Shown here one piece after another: positions 52,419 to 64,000 of a stretch of DNA of 64,000 nucleotides. Position numbers and translations under genes: made by a program. Within the stretch, counting starts at the first letter, position 1. Each line of letters begins with the position of its first letter. Location of the stretch: NCBI GenBank assembly GCA_028534125.1, contig CM052832.1, positions 17,610,001-17,674,000 of the forward strand, written 5' to 3'. The notes beneath the pieces were generated by a model that saw nothing but the letters and a program-made list of their open reading frames with translations, had not been told where the DNA came from and ran no database searches. Source of the DNA: Lama glama. Lineage: Eukaryota.

Positions 52419-53019
52419 CTGAAACAGAAAAGACCAGGTAAACATGACTTGTTCCCTGAGCCTCCAGGAGGGCACTATGTGCACAGAAATGCGAGGCGCT
52501 TCCATCCTGATGTCATCACAGAGGAGAGGAAGCGGAAGGGCCATCTCCTTATTTATATGCTTATTAACTGTCTCCCCTTTGCTACAATTTCATCTCCATG
52601 GGAACAAGATCCTTCTGGTTTGCCCCCTAAGAATCGTGCCTGGCACACAGTAGTTGCTCAGTAAATACTTGTTGAATGAACAGAAGAGAAAGGACTGAAA
52701 TCAATGCTATTATTATGGCCTCAGGTGACCTGCACTGAGGCAATGGCGACCGCAGTGGACTGGTTCATGTTGGATAGTGTCCAATCAACCAATTAGACCT
52801 TCTCTGCTTGGAGGAGTTGAAGGTGAGAATGGAGACAGACAGACACAAACTGTCTTAACACTAAAAACTGAATCCTTATGATGTCTTGGGTTCCCAGGGT
52901 GTGATTTCCATCTTGCAATCCAGAAACGTTCAAGGAAAACTGCCCCTGACTCCCTTTTTGTTTAAAACCAAAACAGCTGGTTCTTCCCCCTACATCTAAC
53001 TGTACTGTCACTCACACAC

Positions 53020-53118
53020 CTGGATAGGTATCTCTTAGGACTCCTCTGTGCTTAGAGCATGGTTTTCCTCCTCCTGTTAGCTGGGAGATGACAACAGGTT
53101 TGCCAAACAGAAATGTGT
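53020..53118 (-). CDS. ZSCAN9: Candidate ZSCAN9 cassette exon (99 nt), KRAB-B-like
   Basis: tttcctctttgcag|ACACAT...TATCCAG|gtgtgt; phase 1-1, no stop; (D)TFLFGKPVVISQLTGGGKPCSKHRGVLRDTYP. Confidence 0.55.
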
Positions 53119-54535
53119 CTGCAAAGAGGAAATGGGCCACAAATGAGATCAGTACTGCCCTTCTGCCCAAACTTCATATTTGTATCTGAAATGGACAAGG
53201 GAACTGGGTAGAATATAAAAATGACATTTCCCACATTTTAATAATTATCATATATATAGCCTTCTATCACTTACAAACACTTCCACAAAACTAACTCACC
53301 ACAAAACCCCTTGATGTTATTGTCCCACTTCTTTAAAGAACTAGGAAAAAAAATAAAAAGGAAGATAGACATAGTTGGAGACAGACTCTATATTTAGAAA
53401 AAAAGTCTGGAAAATACACAGCAATTTGACGAGAGTGGTTACTCCTGGGGAGCTGGATTTGGAGTACTTTCACTTTTTACTATGAAACTTATGCATTTGG
53501 ATTTTAAAAATCAGTATGAATTTTACAAGAAACTCAAACTCAGTGATATAAAGTACCTTTAGATATTGCCTAGCTAAAAACTTGAAGAGCTGGAACTTGG
53601 ATTTGGTCCTTGTAATCTCAAACACTTCCTATGTTGCTTTACCAAATGGGCTTTTCCTGAATGTATAACACACACACCTGCATTGTCAGTCCTATAGGGA
53701 AAACTCTTTGATCTGTAGATGCCCCCCAGATACCCTCCGGGAGTCACTGCAGATGCTTAATGAATATCTGTTAAATGAATGAATGATAGGATGGATGGAT
53801 GGATGGACCTACTCAGATGTGCCCTGGAAGAAGGTTCTCAACGGGGTTCTAGATTCAATTTGGAAAGCAGAAGAAAGGAGAAAATGGCTAGAAAATGCAA
53901 AGTCCGAGTTTATGGGGAGAGGAAGAAAGTAATAAGGAACTGACTGGAAAGATGCTCATAAAAGGGGAAAATGAAACCAGAAGTAATTTTAGTAAGATGA
54001 TGTCATGGGAGTCAGAGGAAGGTCTGCAGTACGCACAGAATTTACTCAACAAATACAATTTTAATTTAAATCAAGAGATGTGTTCCAAAATCCACGATAA
54101 CTGTATGACTGCTGGTGTAAATGAAATAAATAGAAGCAGGAGGCAGAGTGGTAAGAGAAGGTGTGGCTCTGATACATGTGGGGGTCATGTCCAAATGAGA
54201 ACAGCAGAACTCTGCTGCAGACTGATCATCAGGTTAACAAAAAGTCAGTAGGAGGCTCTGATATTATGTGTGGGAAATCAGACAGAAGTTAGAGTCAACT
54301 GCCACAGGGAGAGCTAGAATGGGAAGACAGCTGACTCAGCCCCAAGTGCCCAGTACGACACCCACTGGATCCAGTACTGACACCACTAACAAGATTACAT
54401 ACAAGGAAATGGCGAGGTCTGACTCCATTGGATTCTCTCATCCAGTCTGCCACCCACTAACCCTGTCTCATAGCTTTCTATTGCAAATGTAAACCCAAAT
54501 CAGCAAGGGTGGCACTGGTCATTTCTGATAAGAAC

Positions 54536-55450
54536 TGTGGGAGCACAAACTTGGGTTAACAAACTTTGACACTGCAACGATTGCTTTTACCAAATCATAG
54601 TCTCACCTTTATGTATTCTCACCTTTATGTAAGCATGTAAGAAATGTATAATCAAAACCAATGCTTTCTATATCTGTAATTATACTGCTACTTCAAAGCA
54701 AAATGTCCAAAACACAAAAGACTGAACTCTTAATACCAGTCGCCACCTTATCTATGGAATTTAGCTTAGTTGCCTTGAAGCTGCATTGCTAGCAGGAAAC
54801 TGCTACAAACTGTCTCCTTGCTGTAAAAAGCAGAGACATGCTTTGCTCACTTTGCTTAGCTCAAGGTCATAGCTTCAGGGCTGCTTATGCTTATGGAAAA
54901 CCATAACTCGTCCCTTGCCCCAACCATCAGGACATGCTTCGCTTATCAGGCATAGGTGGATAGTGTAGGCTGTTCTTGCTCACAGAAAACTGTGACTTAG
55001 CCTTTAGCTGGGGACAGCTGGGCTGCTTCGCATGCTTAGACGATTTCTGCTCATAGTATGGAGACTCTGAGGTGGTCTGGGTTTTCATTATCAATTATTC
55101 GGAACACTGTAACCTTGCTCATGATTGTTTGAGGTTTAAAATAACCATTTGTACTATCAATGTTGTAACCTTCTCTCTAAGTATAAATTAAGATTTATAA
55201 TGTTTCTGTTTTTCATGAACTGTAAGTGCTGACCTGCATCCCTGAACGTATACCACGCCCTTTATTCCTATGACGTATTTCACTTTGATTCTTTTTTTGA
55301 CTATTCTCAATAAATACAAGAGCTTTGGAGGAGCCTGGGGAATCAGTCTCCGGCTCCCTCTCAGTCTCTTGACCTGATAAAGTCTTGAGTAATTCCGTTC
55401 TTTGGCAGTGGGACTTTTGCTGGACAAACCCCACGATGAACACACCCACA
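54536..55450 (+). mobile_element. Complete solo LTR, ERV2/betaretrovirus-like, 915 bp
   Basis: Termini TGTGGG...CCCACA with a perfect 6-bp TSD aagaac (54530-35, 55451-56); AATAAA near 55310. Confidence 0.9.
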
Positions 55451-55543
55451 AAGAACAGTTACCATACAGTAAGCAGAATGCCTGCCAAGTGCTTTTCATA
55501 AACTGTCTGTATTCAATGCTCACAACCTTCTGAGGTATATATT

Positions 55544-55938
55544 TGTTATAGACTGAACTATGTAATCCCCACCCCAAATTCACATGCTGAAGCCCTAATT
55601 GTATATGGAGATAGGATCTTTAGGGAGGTAATTAAGGTAATTAAAGGTAGGGTCCTAATCCAATAGGACTGACGTCCTTCTAAAAAGAGGAAGAGATACC
55701 AGAGCATGCACACCCTCTTTCTCTGTCACCCTCTCTCCACAGGCAGCTGCAGGGAGGAATTACCATGTGAGTACACAGCAAGAAGGCAGCTGGCTACAAT
55801 CCAGGAAGAGAGGTCTCACCAGAAACCAACTCTGATGGCACCTTGATCTTGAATTTCTAGCCTCCAGAACTATGAGAAAGTAAATCTCTGTTGTTTAAGC
55901 TACCCAGTCTGTTATGGTAGCCTGAGCAGACTAAGACA
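55544..55938 (+). mobile_element. MaLR solo LTR (MLT1A/MST-like) inside a MIR-like remnant
   Basis: tgttatagactgaac...ccaataggactg...ctagcctccagaactatgagaaag...gcagactaagaca. Confidence 0.85.
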
Positions 55939-56323
55939 ATACTATCATGAACCCCATTTTGCAGATGAGGAAACCTTGATCAAGTGGTTACATAAGTGGC
56001 CCCAGTACAATCGCTTCCAGGAGGTGAAGCCACGATTTGAACCTGGCTGTCAAACCTTGAAGCTCAGTCTCTAAGGCTGCTCTGAAAGTCTCCCTAATGT
56101 ACCATGAACCAGGAGACCAGGGAGCTTCCAGCACGGTACTCAGGGGAAGACCATGTGCAGGCGGAGGGGACAAAGATGAGCACACTAGCCACTCAAAGCA
56201 CTAAGCATTGCTGCTTTCTGGCAAAGCGTCTTCTGACCCCCTGGTTTCCCGGCTCTGATTTTTTGTTTGTTTGTGCTTAACCAGGTAGAGCATGTTCAGC
56301 ATCAGATGAATTGTGTCCCTCAC

Positions 56324-56447
56324 CTGTCTCTCCAACAGGGTGGGGCTCTTGAGCAGGGTCACATGTGAGGTGGCCTAGTGACATCTGCTCTCCTAGGGAC
56401 ACTGTTTCTTCAGGGAGGACGTCTTGTCCATGTCTGTAGGCTAACAT
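56324..56447 (-). CDS. ZSCAN9: ZSCAN9 coding exon 2 (124 nt)
   Basis: ttgtttctag|ATGTTA...GAGACAG|gtgagg; MLAYRHGQDVLPEETVSLGEQMSLGHLTCDPAQEPHPVGET. Confidence 0.88.
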
Positions 56448-56629
56448 CTAGAAACAATGAGACACGGTTTGACTTCTGAAGAAATGCAGTGTCTAAAGAA
56501 ACACTTCCCAGACAGAAGCAGAAAGCAGGGTCTTATCTATTCACCCAAATCAAGGGGATATAAAGCAGAGGACACAAGGGTCCTTGGTGAGCCACATACA
56601 CTATTTTTCTGGCGAATCTCCCATCCTAC

Positions 56630-57049
56630 CTCATGTTGTGGTTCATCCAGCTCTCTCTCCAGATCCTCCAGCAAAATCACTGCCTCCTCCCCACTCTCTG
56701 GACAGTGCTCCCTCACCCAGCCCTGCAGCTCCTCAGGCAGGATGGTCAGGAACTGCTCCAGCACCAGCAGCTCCAGGATCTGCTCCTTCGTGCTCACGTG
56801 TGGCCTCAACCACTGGCAGCAAAGTTCCCGGAGTTGGGTAAGAGCTGCCCTTGGTCCAGGGGTCTCCTGGTAAGAGACTTGCCGAAAGCGCCTTCGGAAG
56901 ATTTCCCTTGCCAGTGGATTATTGCGTTTCAGTCTGGATCCCTGCATTTGGACGTGACTTTCTGCCTCTGCTTTCACTGACAGAAGTTCTTCCCAAACCT
57001 CAGAAGTGTGAACATCGGGGGGTAAAACCTCCTTGGAGTCTGTACTCAT
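56630..57049 (-). CDS. ZSCAN9: ZSCAN9 first coding exon, SCAN domain
   Basis: ATG at 57049 ([10 protein letters not shown]...[14 protein letters not shown]...[14 protein letters not shown]); donor GAG|gtagga. Confidence 0.95.
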
Positions 57050-57115
57050 CTTGACCTTGAACAGCTTTAAAGGCACCCTCCAGCTGGAGCTCTGTTTTAG
57101 AAACAAACAGCTTTG

Positions 57116-57917
57116 TGGAGAGGCTGTGGAGAAAAGGGAACCCTCCTACACTGCTGGTGGGGATGCAGTTTGGTGCAGCCATTGTGGAAAACAGTACGGA
57201 AATTCCTCAAAAGACTAGGAATAGACTTACTTTATGACCCAGTAATCCCACTCCTGGGCATATATCCAGAAGGAACCCTACTTCAAAAAGACACCTGCAC
57301 TGCAGTGTTCATAGCAACACTATTTACAATAGCCAAGACATGGAAACAACCTAAATCTCTATCGACAGATGACTGGATAAAGAAGTTGTGGTATATTTAT
57401 ACAATGGAATACCATTCAGCCATAAAAATGAAAACATAATGCCATTTGCAGCAACATGGATGTCCCTGGAGAATGTCATTCTAAGTGAAATAAGCCAGAG
57501 AGAGAAAGAAAAATACCATATGATATCGCTCACATGTGGAATCTAAAAAAAAAAAAAAACAAAGAAGATGATGACAAATGAACTTAGATATAAAACAGAA
57601 ACAGACTCATAGACTCATTGGCAACTTGTGGTTGCCAAGGGGGAGAGGGGTGGGAAGGGACAGACTGGGAGTTTGAAATTTGTAGATACTCATAGGTATA
57701 TATAGAATAGATAAACAAGTTTATACTGTATAGCACAGGGAAATATATACAAGATCTTGTGGTAGCTCATGGTGAAAAGGAGTGTGACAATGAATATATG
57801 TATGTTCATGTATGACTGAAAAATTGTGCTCTACACTGGAAATTGATACAACATTGTAAACTGACTATAACGCAATAAAATAAAATTTAAATAAATAAAT
57901 GAATGAAAGAATGAATG
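57116..57917 (+). mobile_element. L1 3' end (about 800 bp) with TSD
   Basis: Clean ORF2 tail [25 protein letters not shown]...YTMEYHSAIK plus 3' UTR; TSD aaacagctttg at 57105-15 and 57918-28. Confidence 0.95.
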
Positions 57918-58811
57918 AAACAGCTTTGGAAGTTCCCTTCTAAGCAGTAAAAATCATTGCTTATGTAGAAAACTGGCAATAGTTAATGATAGAAACTGAT
58001 AATATAAGCAATTGTCATAGGCCTAAAGCTCTTCATGGAAAGTATGACCAAAGGATGAGAATAATGGAAAATACAGGATCATAATGTACAAAAAGCATAG
58101 ACTTTCAAGTTATCCAGACCTAGGTTTTATTTTGGTTCTAACTCTTATTAATTGTGTGACCTTGTGCCAGTTTATCTTCTTTCAATCTCAGTTTTTTTTC
58201 ATGTGAAAAAGAAATAGCAGTAATACCTTACAGGGTTCATGGAGGAATTAGGGACCACACAGATCACTCAGAATGGTTAAAAGGTTCAGACTTGTATAAA
58301 AGCCAAATTAGAGAATGAATAAATGGAAATGTTGTTCTTTTTAACTAAACGAATGAGATTTTATTGAACACTTGACTTTTTGAAATTTATGTTCAAAACA
58401 ACCATCTAAGGTTGATTTCATTTTCAACAAATGTACAGAAAGGAAAACTTAGGAAGCCTGCAAGTCCTGTCAGCTTTCCACGCTGCTCTGCTGCTTCCTA
58501 AGAGTTATAATCAACACTGCACAAAGGTCTACAACATGCTGGTGGATCCAAGAGGGTCTTAATCCTCACAATTGACCTCTGAGGTTTGATTACAATCACT
58601 ATTTCACTAGAAAAGCAATGGAAGGCAGGGGAAGTTAAGTATGTTGCTTAAGGTCAAATTCTTTGTGAAGAAAGTCTCAAGAATCCACAGAAGCCAAGGG
58701 ACGAAGACTTCTGTTCGTACCCAGGCAGTGCCTGAGACCCAGGAGGCCTGTGTCTCCAAAATGTCACGAAGTGCAATAAACAAACAAACAAACTTAAAAC
58801 AAACAAACAAA

Positions 58812-58953
58812 GGGGGAGAGTATAGCTCAGTGACAGAGTGTGCACTTAGCATGCAGGAGGCCCTAGGTTCAATCCCTACTACCTCCACTGATAAAGTAAA
58901 TAAATAAATAAACCTAACTACCTACCCACTAAAAAAAAAAAAAAAAAAAAAAA
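58812..58953 (+). mobile_element. tRNA-derived SINE (Vic-1-like) with long polyA
   Basis: gggggagagtatagctcagtgacagagtgtgcacttagcatgc...ggttcaatccc, followed by a tail of about 23 A. Confidence 0.9.
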
Positions 58954-59379
58954 GGTCAGTAAGTACAGCCCAGCAGCTGAATTCCAATTTGACAGGCTCT
59001 GCGGCAGACCTCTAGGGAATGGGAATCCCGGCATTAGGGGTGGGAGGGGAAGATCAGGGAGCCCTACTGTGTATCCTTAATCCCTAGGCTCCCCAGGGAT
59101 TTGTATGCACTCCTAGGTTTGAGAATCAATGAACTAAGGGAGAGGGAAACTGTCACATCCTGCACTTGAAAACCAGTCCATTTAACGCCCCTTCATTTGC
59201 TTTTTGAACCGGTGAGCATGTACACATACATACTGGCTCTCTATGAGGAAGGCTGCAGAAAACCTTTTATAAATGTGTCCTTAATTTCCTTGTCCCCGAG
59301 TATATTCCCCCAGACTCCAGGCGTTTCCTGCCCCGAGTCCCAGCCCTGCTGTAGTTATTCACCGTGGTGACCTTTTGGC

Positions 59380-59760
59380 TTCTCAGCCCACCCCCCAGGC
59401 CTCGCCGACGCATCCCACAGCCCGGGGTGACCCGTCCGCACTAGGACCACAGGCACGACCACCGCCCCCTCCCTCGGCGCCGCCCTCTCGGGGCTGATGT
59501 TCACTTTCCACACCCCCTTCTCAGCCACACCCACCCATCCCGGTTCCCGGGCTAACTCACGAGACCCGGAAAAGGCGAGGAAGAATGGGAGCTCCCGCCC
59601 CGGCGCTGGAAGGAGCGCGCCCCGGGAACAATGGCTCAGCGGGAAGGATGCCAGCGCGCCGCGGTCCCACCGCACAGACACTTCCGGGCCGGTCTAGGAT
59701 GCCGGCTCTCGTTTCCTACCTCCTGCGCGTGCCTCACCTTGGAGCCATTTTTCCTGGGCA
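59380..59760 (-). promoter_or_regulatory. ZSCAN9: CpG island: ZSCAN9 promoter and non-coding exon 1
   Basis: CpG-dense; ETS site acttccgg near 59680; minus-strand donor ctc|gtgagt near 59560. Confidence 0.75.
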
Positions 59761-61329
59761 TCCAGTCTGGTCTCAACGGTGAATCGCATAACCAGAGTTT
59801 CCTGCGTGTGTGGGCCCAGACAGGTTCTAAATTGAAAACACTGATGAAACATAAGACCATTAATTATTGGAAATGCTTATTTTAAAAACATTTAAAAATT
59901 AATACATGCTCTATGGTTTTTTTTTAAAAAAAAAACCTCAGACAATACCAAAATTAATTTAAAAAAATGAAATCGCACCCTGTCCCTCCTTAGTTCCACC
60001 TCTCTGAGATAACCGTTGTCACTGTGAGCTTGGAATTTGTGTGTATAATTCTGGTCTCTCTCCCTCTGTCTCTCTCTCACACACATAAACACAGATAGAT
60101 TAGATAGATTATTTTGCATTTACCTTTTTCTCCATCACTTATGTTTAACATTTTCACATCTCGTATCTCAGACATCTTTATCTATCATGCTCATTTAGTG
60201 GCTGCATAACAGTACAAGCATCTGCCTACCAATTTATTTGTCCAGGCCCTTACGTGTTGATCAATGTCTTTCCTTCTTTCCTTCCTTCTTCTTTCTTTCA
60301 CTCTTTCTTCTCCTCCTTCTTCTTCTTCTCCTCCTTCTCCTTCTTATCCTCCTCCTCCTTTTTTTTTTTTTTTGCTACAGGAGTTGTCTAGATTTTTAAT
60401 AATAATAATACAAAATTAGCCCAAAACCAATTAAATCAGCTTTATTGGTACAAAAGAGCATAATTAAAGTACTGTTAGTCATTCATCAATTTTATTATGC
60501 TACCCAGAGTGGTGGTATTTCATAGATTAAACTATGTTTTGTTTTGTTTTAACAGAACCTCACTATTTATTTTGTCACAGCAGTAAGAAAGCTTGCATGT
60601 TAATGGAAGTTCCATGATGTGTTTTAACTCCAAAACTGTAGCTCTGTAAATTTCTTTAGTTGTTTCCCTCAGCCTAGCCATCTGAGGGCATGAAATAAAC
60701 TTGAGCTTCATCCTATTCTTCAGCTCCTTCCAAATATACAATAACTGTGTAATCATTAAGAGCACCAACAGAAAATCTGCCCAAAATCTTGTTTACTTTC
60801 TCCAACATACCTCACTTGCAAAGTCCTCAGTACAAGCTTTCCTAAAAACTATATAATGGGAATAAGTGCTCAACTTCTCTTTGACTTGAATAGACTATTT
60901 AAATATGTTATTCTCTTCCATTTTGGATGCCCATCTGTGACAAATAAACAGAGGTTTTATATTCGTATGAAACTCTGAGATATCTCACTGACAGTTGATT
61001 AGGCTCTCTACCTGGTTTATGTGTGTCTGTTAAGTAGGTCAACTATAGGACTCAGGTGGGTTCTACCCTAGGGTCAAGGAGACAGCACATTGGACTTCCC
61101 TGTAGTTAAACAGCTCTGAGAAAGACTGGCTCCCACTTGCCTGTGTTTGGAGAAAGATTCCCCTATAGCAGTACTTGGATGAGTGCCTGGGACAGAAGGG
61201 ATTTTTTTTAAACTTAGATTTGGGAATGGCTACCGAGAATATGTAAAACGCCACTCAGCTCAGAGACAAAAAGAAATGCTGACTGCATGGCTAGCTGAAA
61301 AGATTGGGGGTCACCTGAATCTGGAAACA

Positions 61330-61945
61330 GGTGCAATGGGATACTGGCTATACTGTATGTTATAAGCTCAAAAAGAAGAAGGAGGCGGAGGAGGTTAGGA
61401 TGGAGGAGGGGGAGGAGGAGGAAGAGAGGAAGAAGAAAAAGATTTGGAGAATTGGTAACAAAGAGATTGAGGGAACTAGCTGGTATGTGGATAGGTTCAG
61501 TGTAAATATATTTGTGTCCCATAAAAATCTTCACTAACCCACCATATAAGAGGTTTCAGTAAGCAAGTGGGTAAGCTGATCTGCCCTATGGATCAGCAAC
61601 TTTCTTTTTCCAGCAGTCTCAGCGTTTGCTCAAGAAGCTTTTGAACATGGTGATCATGAATACCATGATGCAGGAGGTGCATAAGCTCAAAAGAAAAAAT
61701 CTCTTTCACTAAAACTAATCCAGACACCACAACTGTTGAGGGTTCAATTTGCAAGGGCTGCAATTAATCCTTAACCCTATATATGGTGTAATATCCCAGT
61801 GGGAACAGTCAGTCACCTGGTGGCAAGCTGATTACATTAGACTCTCTATGACGGAAAGAACAAAATTTTACTTCAAGGCAATATAGACATTAGTGTTGGA
61901 TCTGGAGTGCCTTTTCACGCATACCATGCTTCTGTCAGTACTGAC
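61330..61945 (+). mobile_element. ERVL/MaLR-internal pol fossil (RNase H to integrase)
   Basis: Frameshifted pieces WRIGNKEI...IFVSH and QSVTWWQADYI resemble recalled ERVL pol WKIGDKEI...KIFVSHV and QPATWWQVDYIG. Confidence 0.7.
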
Positions 61946-62649
61946 TCGATGAAAGCCCTACACACACCAGCCCCAACTTAGTTGGGCACTGAAATGAAAT
62001 GATTTTTTTCTTCCAATCTCTACTTTTAATCTGGTATTTGTGAATCCTTCTTTCCTGTCCTTTAATGATACCTTGACAAATCGTGTAGCTTTGTGGTCAA
62101 TTTCATGTATTAAATATTTCATCTAGTTTACTTTCAATTTAAAATTGTATTATCTAGTGAATGAGTTATACAGCCACAGATTCAAAATACAAAAAGTACA
62201 AAAGAGAATACATTGAAAAATCTCCCTTCGATTTTTCTCTTCTATTGAGCTTGATAATGGTGTTGCAATTCCATAGGAAAATGTCCTTGTTTTTTAGAGA
62301 TGGGAACTGAAGTGTTCAAGGGTGGTATGTCATGATGTCTACAATCTACTGTAAAATACTTCAGCAGAGGAAGAGAAAGAGTGAGAGAGAGAGAGCACAA
62401 ATATGGCAAAATGAATGATTATAAATGTAGGTGAGTACATGGTATTTGTTATATATTACACAGAAACCTTTGGGAGTAACTGTGTTTCAAAATTCAGATT
62501 ATTTTTAAGACTATAAAAAAAAAATCCCAGTTCAGTTCACTTCAAGATTTGCCTCAAATGGGTTTTAATCCCAAATTTATGGGGAAAAAGAGTTTTCAGA
62601 AGTTCATGGATTTTAGAACTGTGGATAAAGGATCCTGGATATGTACTAG

Positions 62650-62693
<44 letters not shown>

Positions 62694-62701
62694 ATTCTCT
62701 C
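62650..62701. repeat. (CT)n microsatellite
   Basis: Read directly. Confidence 0.9.
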
Positions 62702-62749
62702 TTGCCTATTTAAATGTTTTCAAATTTAAAACATTTTTAATAAAGATTT

Positions 62750-64000
62750 CCATCCTACTCCTATACTCAGTCATGTAATTTCATTCCAACAGCCAAAGCT
62801 CTTGATTTCTTCTGTAGGTTTTCAGAGATATTTTGTACACATAGAAGCAAATATTTATTTAAAAATTTTCTCCATGATTTCACACAAATAGTAGAACATT
62901 ATGTACACAGCTCCCTATTTTGCTTATTTAATTTAACAATAAATCTTGGAAGTTTTTCCCCATAGCCATAGGCATAGATCTGCCTCTTTACTTTGACAGC
63001 TGTATAATATTCCATTATGTAGATTTATTTAGCCAGTCCTCTACTGATGAGCCACTATGCTATTTCCAACTATTTTCTATTTTTGAACAATACTGAACTA
63101 AATAGTTTCATACACATGTTATCTTACACATGTATGAGTTTATCTTTAGGGTAAGTTCCTAGAAGTGGAATCTCTGAGTCAAAGAATATATGCATTTATA
63201 ATATTATAAACATTATAAATTGCCCTCAAAAGTAGTTGTGAAAATTTACAGCTCTCTAAAAATATCTGAAAGTGATTCCACCCCCAATCTTCATTTGATC
63301 TTTGCCAACATGATAGGTAAAAATGATATACTATTGTAGTATTAATTAGCATTTCTTTAAATATGAAAAAGATTGAATATTATATGTATTATATATAATA
63401 TTCATGTACATTTCCTTACTGTGAATTTTTTATTCATACCCTTTCCCCTTTTTCCTTTTGTGGTGGCCTTTCTATTGGCTCGCATGATCATCATATATTA
63501 GGGAAATTAGCATCTTGTGATAATTTGGATTTTTTCCACTCTGGTGGTCTTAGTTACACAGAAACTTTAAATTTCAAAGTAGTTAAATTTACTAATCCTT
63601 TACATTTTCTGTGATTCCAAGAAAGGTCTCCCTTGTGCCAAGACTATAAAAGAAAATTCTCATGTGGTTTCTTCAAGGACTTTTATGATTTTATTATTTT
63701 TCCTATTTAAATTTTGGAACCACCTGGAAATTATCCAGTTGTAAGATGTGAGGTGTGGATTACACTCTATTTTTTTCAGATGTCTATCCAGATGTCCCAG
63801 TACTGTCTATTGAATGATCTATCTTTTCTTCATTGACTTGAAATGCCAGTTTTACTAAATGCTTAAATATTTGTGCCCACTTCTGGATTTTCTATCCTGT
63901 TCATACTATAACATTTTACTTATTGTAGCTTGTAATAGGCTTTAAAATCCAGAAGGCTTATGTCTTTCTTGTTATTCTTTTCTGAACTTCCCTGGCTACT
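62750..64000 (-). mobile_element. Old L1M fragment, antisense
   Basis: T-rich antisense L1 motifs (tattccattatgtagat, cctagaagtggaat, aattagcatttcttt, cacctggaaattat, gtcccagtac...ttgaat). Confidence 0.7.

Noticed and set aside
60270..60375. CTT/CCT pyrimidine run
   Set aside because: Ordinary low-complexity tract; no CRISPR-like or other spaced array anywhere in the window.

Overview
Mammalian genomic DNA, most likely camelid given six copies of a tRNA-Ala-like SINE resembling Vic-1. It is the SCAN/KRAB zinc-finger cluster orthologous to human 6p22.1, here in reversed order: PGBD1 (-), ZSCAN26 (-), NKAPL (-), ZKSCAN4 (+), ZSCAN9 (-). I joined exons by hand using GT-AG sites, and all five reading frames are intact: PGBD1 801 aa (6 coding exons), ZSCAN26 480 aa (3), NKAPL 405 aa (intronless), ZKSCAN4 546 aa (5), ZSCAN9 387 aa (3). 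The rest is L1 fragments, solo ERV LTRs, MaLR LTRs, DNA-transposon fossils, an ERVL pol fossil and one 500-N gap flanked by a duplicated 102 bp. No new multi-gene system is evident. The most unusual signals are: (i) two short elements made of an L1 5' end fused to an L1 3' end, one with a splice-like junction; (ii) apparent fossils of PGBD1's origin, namely a decayed zinc-finger exon in an intron and a decayed cysteine-rich domain in the 3' UTR; (iii) an in-frame KRAB-B-like cassette exon in ZSCAN9; (iv) an L1 inserted in the ZSCAN9 splice-acceptor region. Comparisons to human proteins and repeat families are from recall, not from searches.
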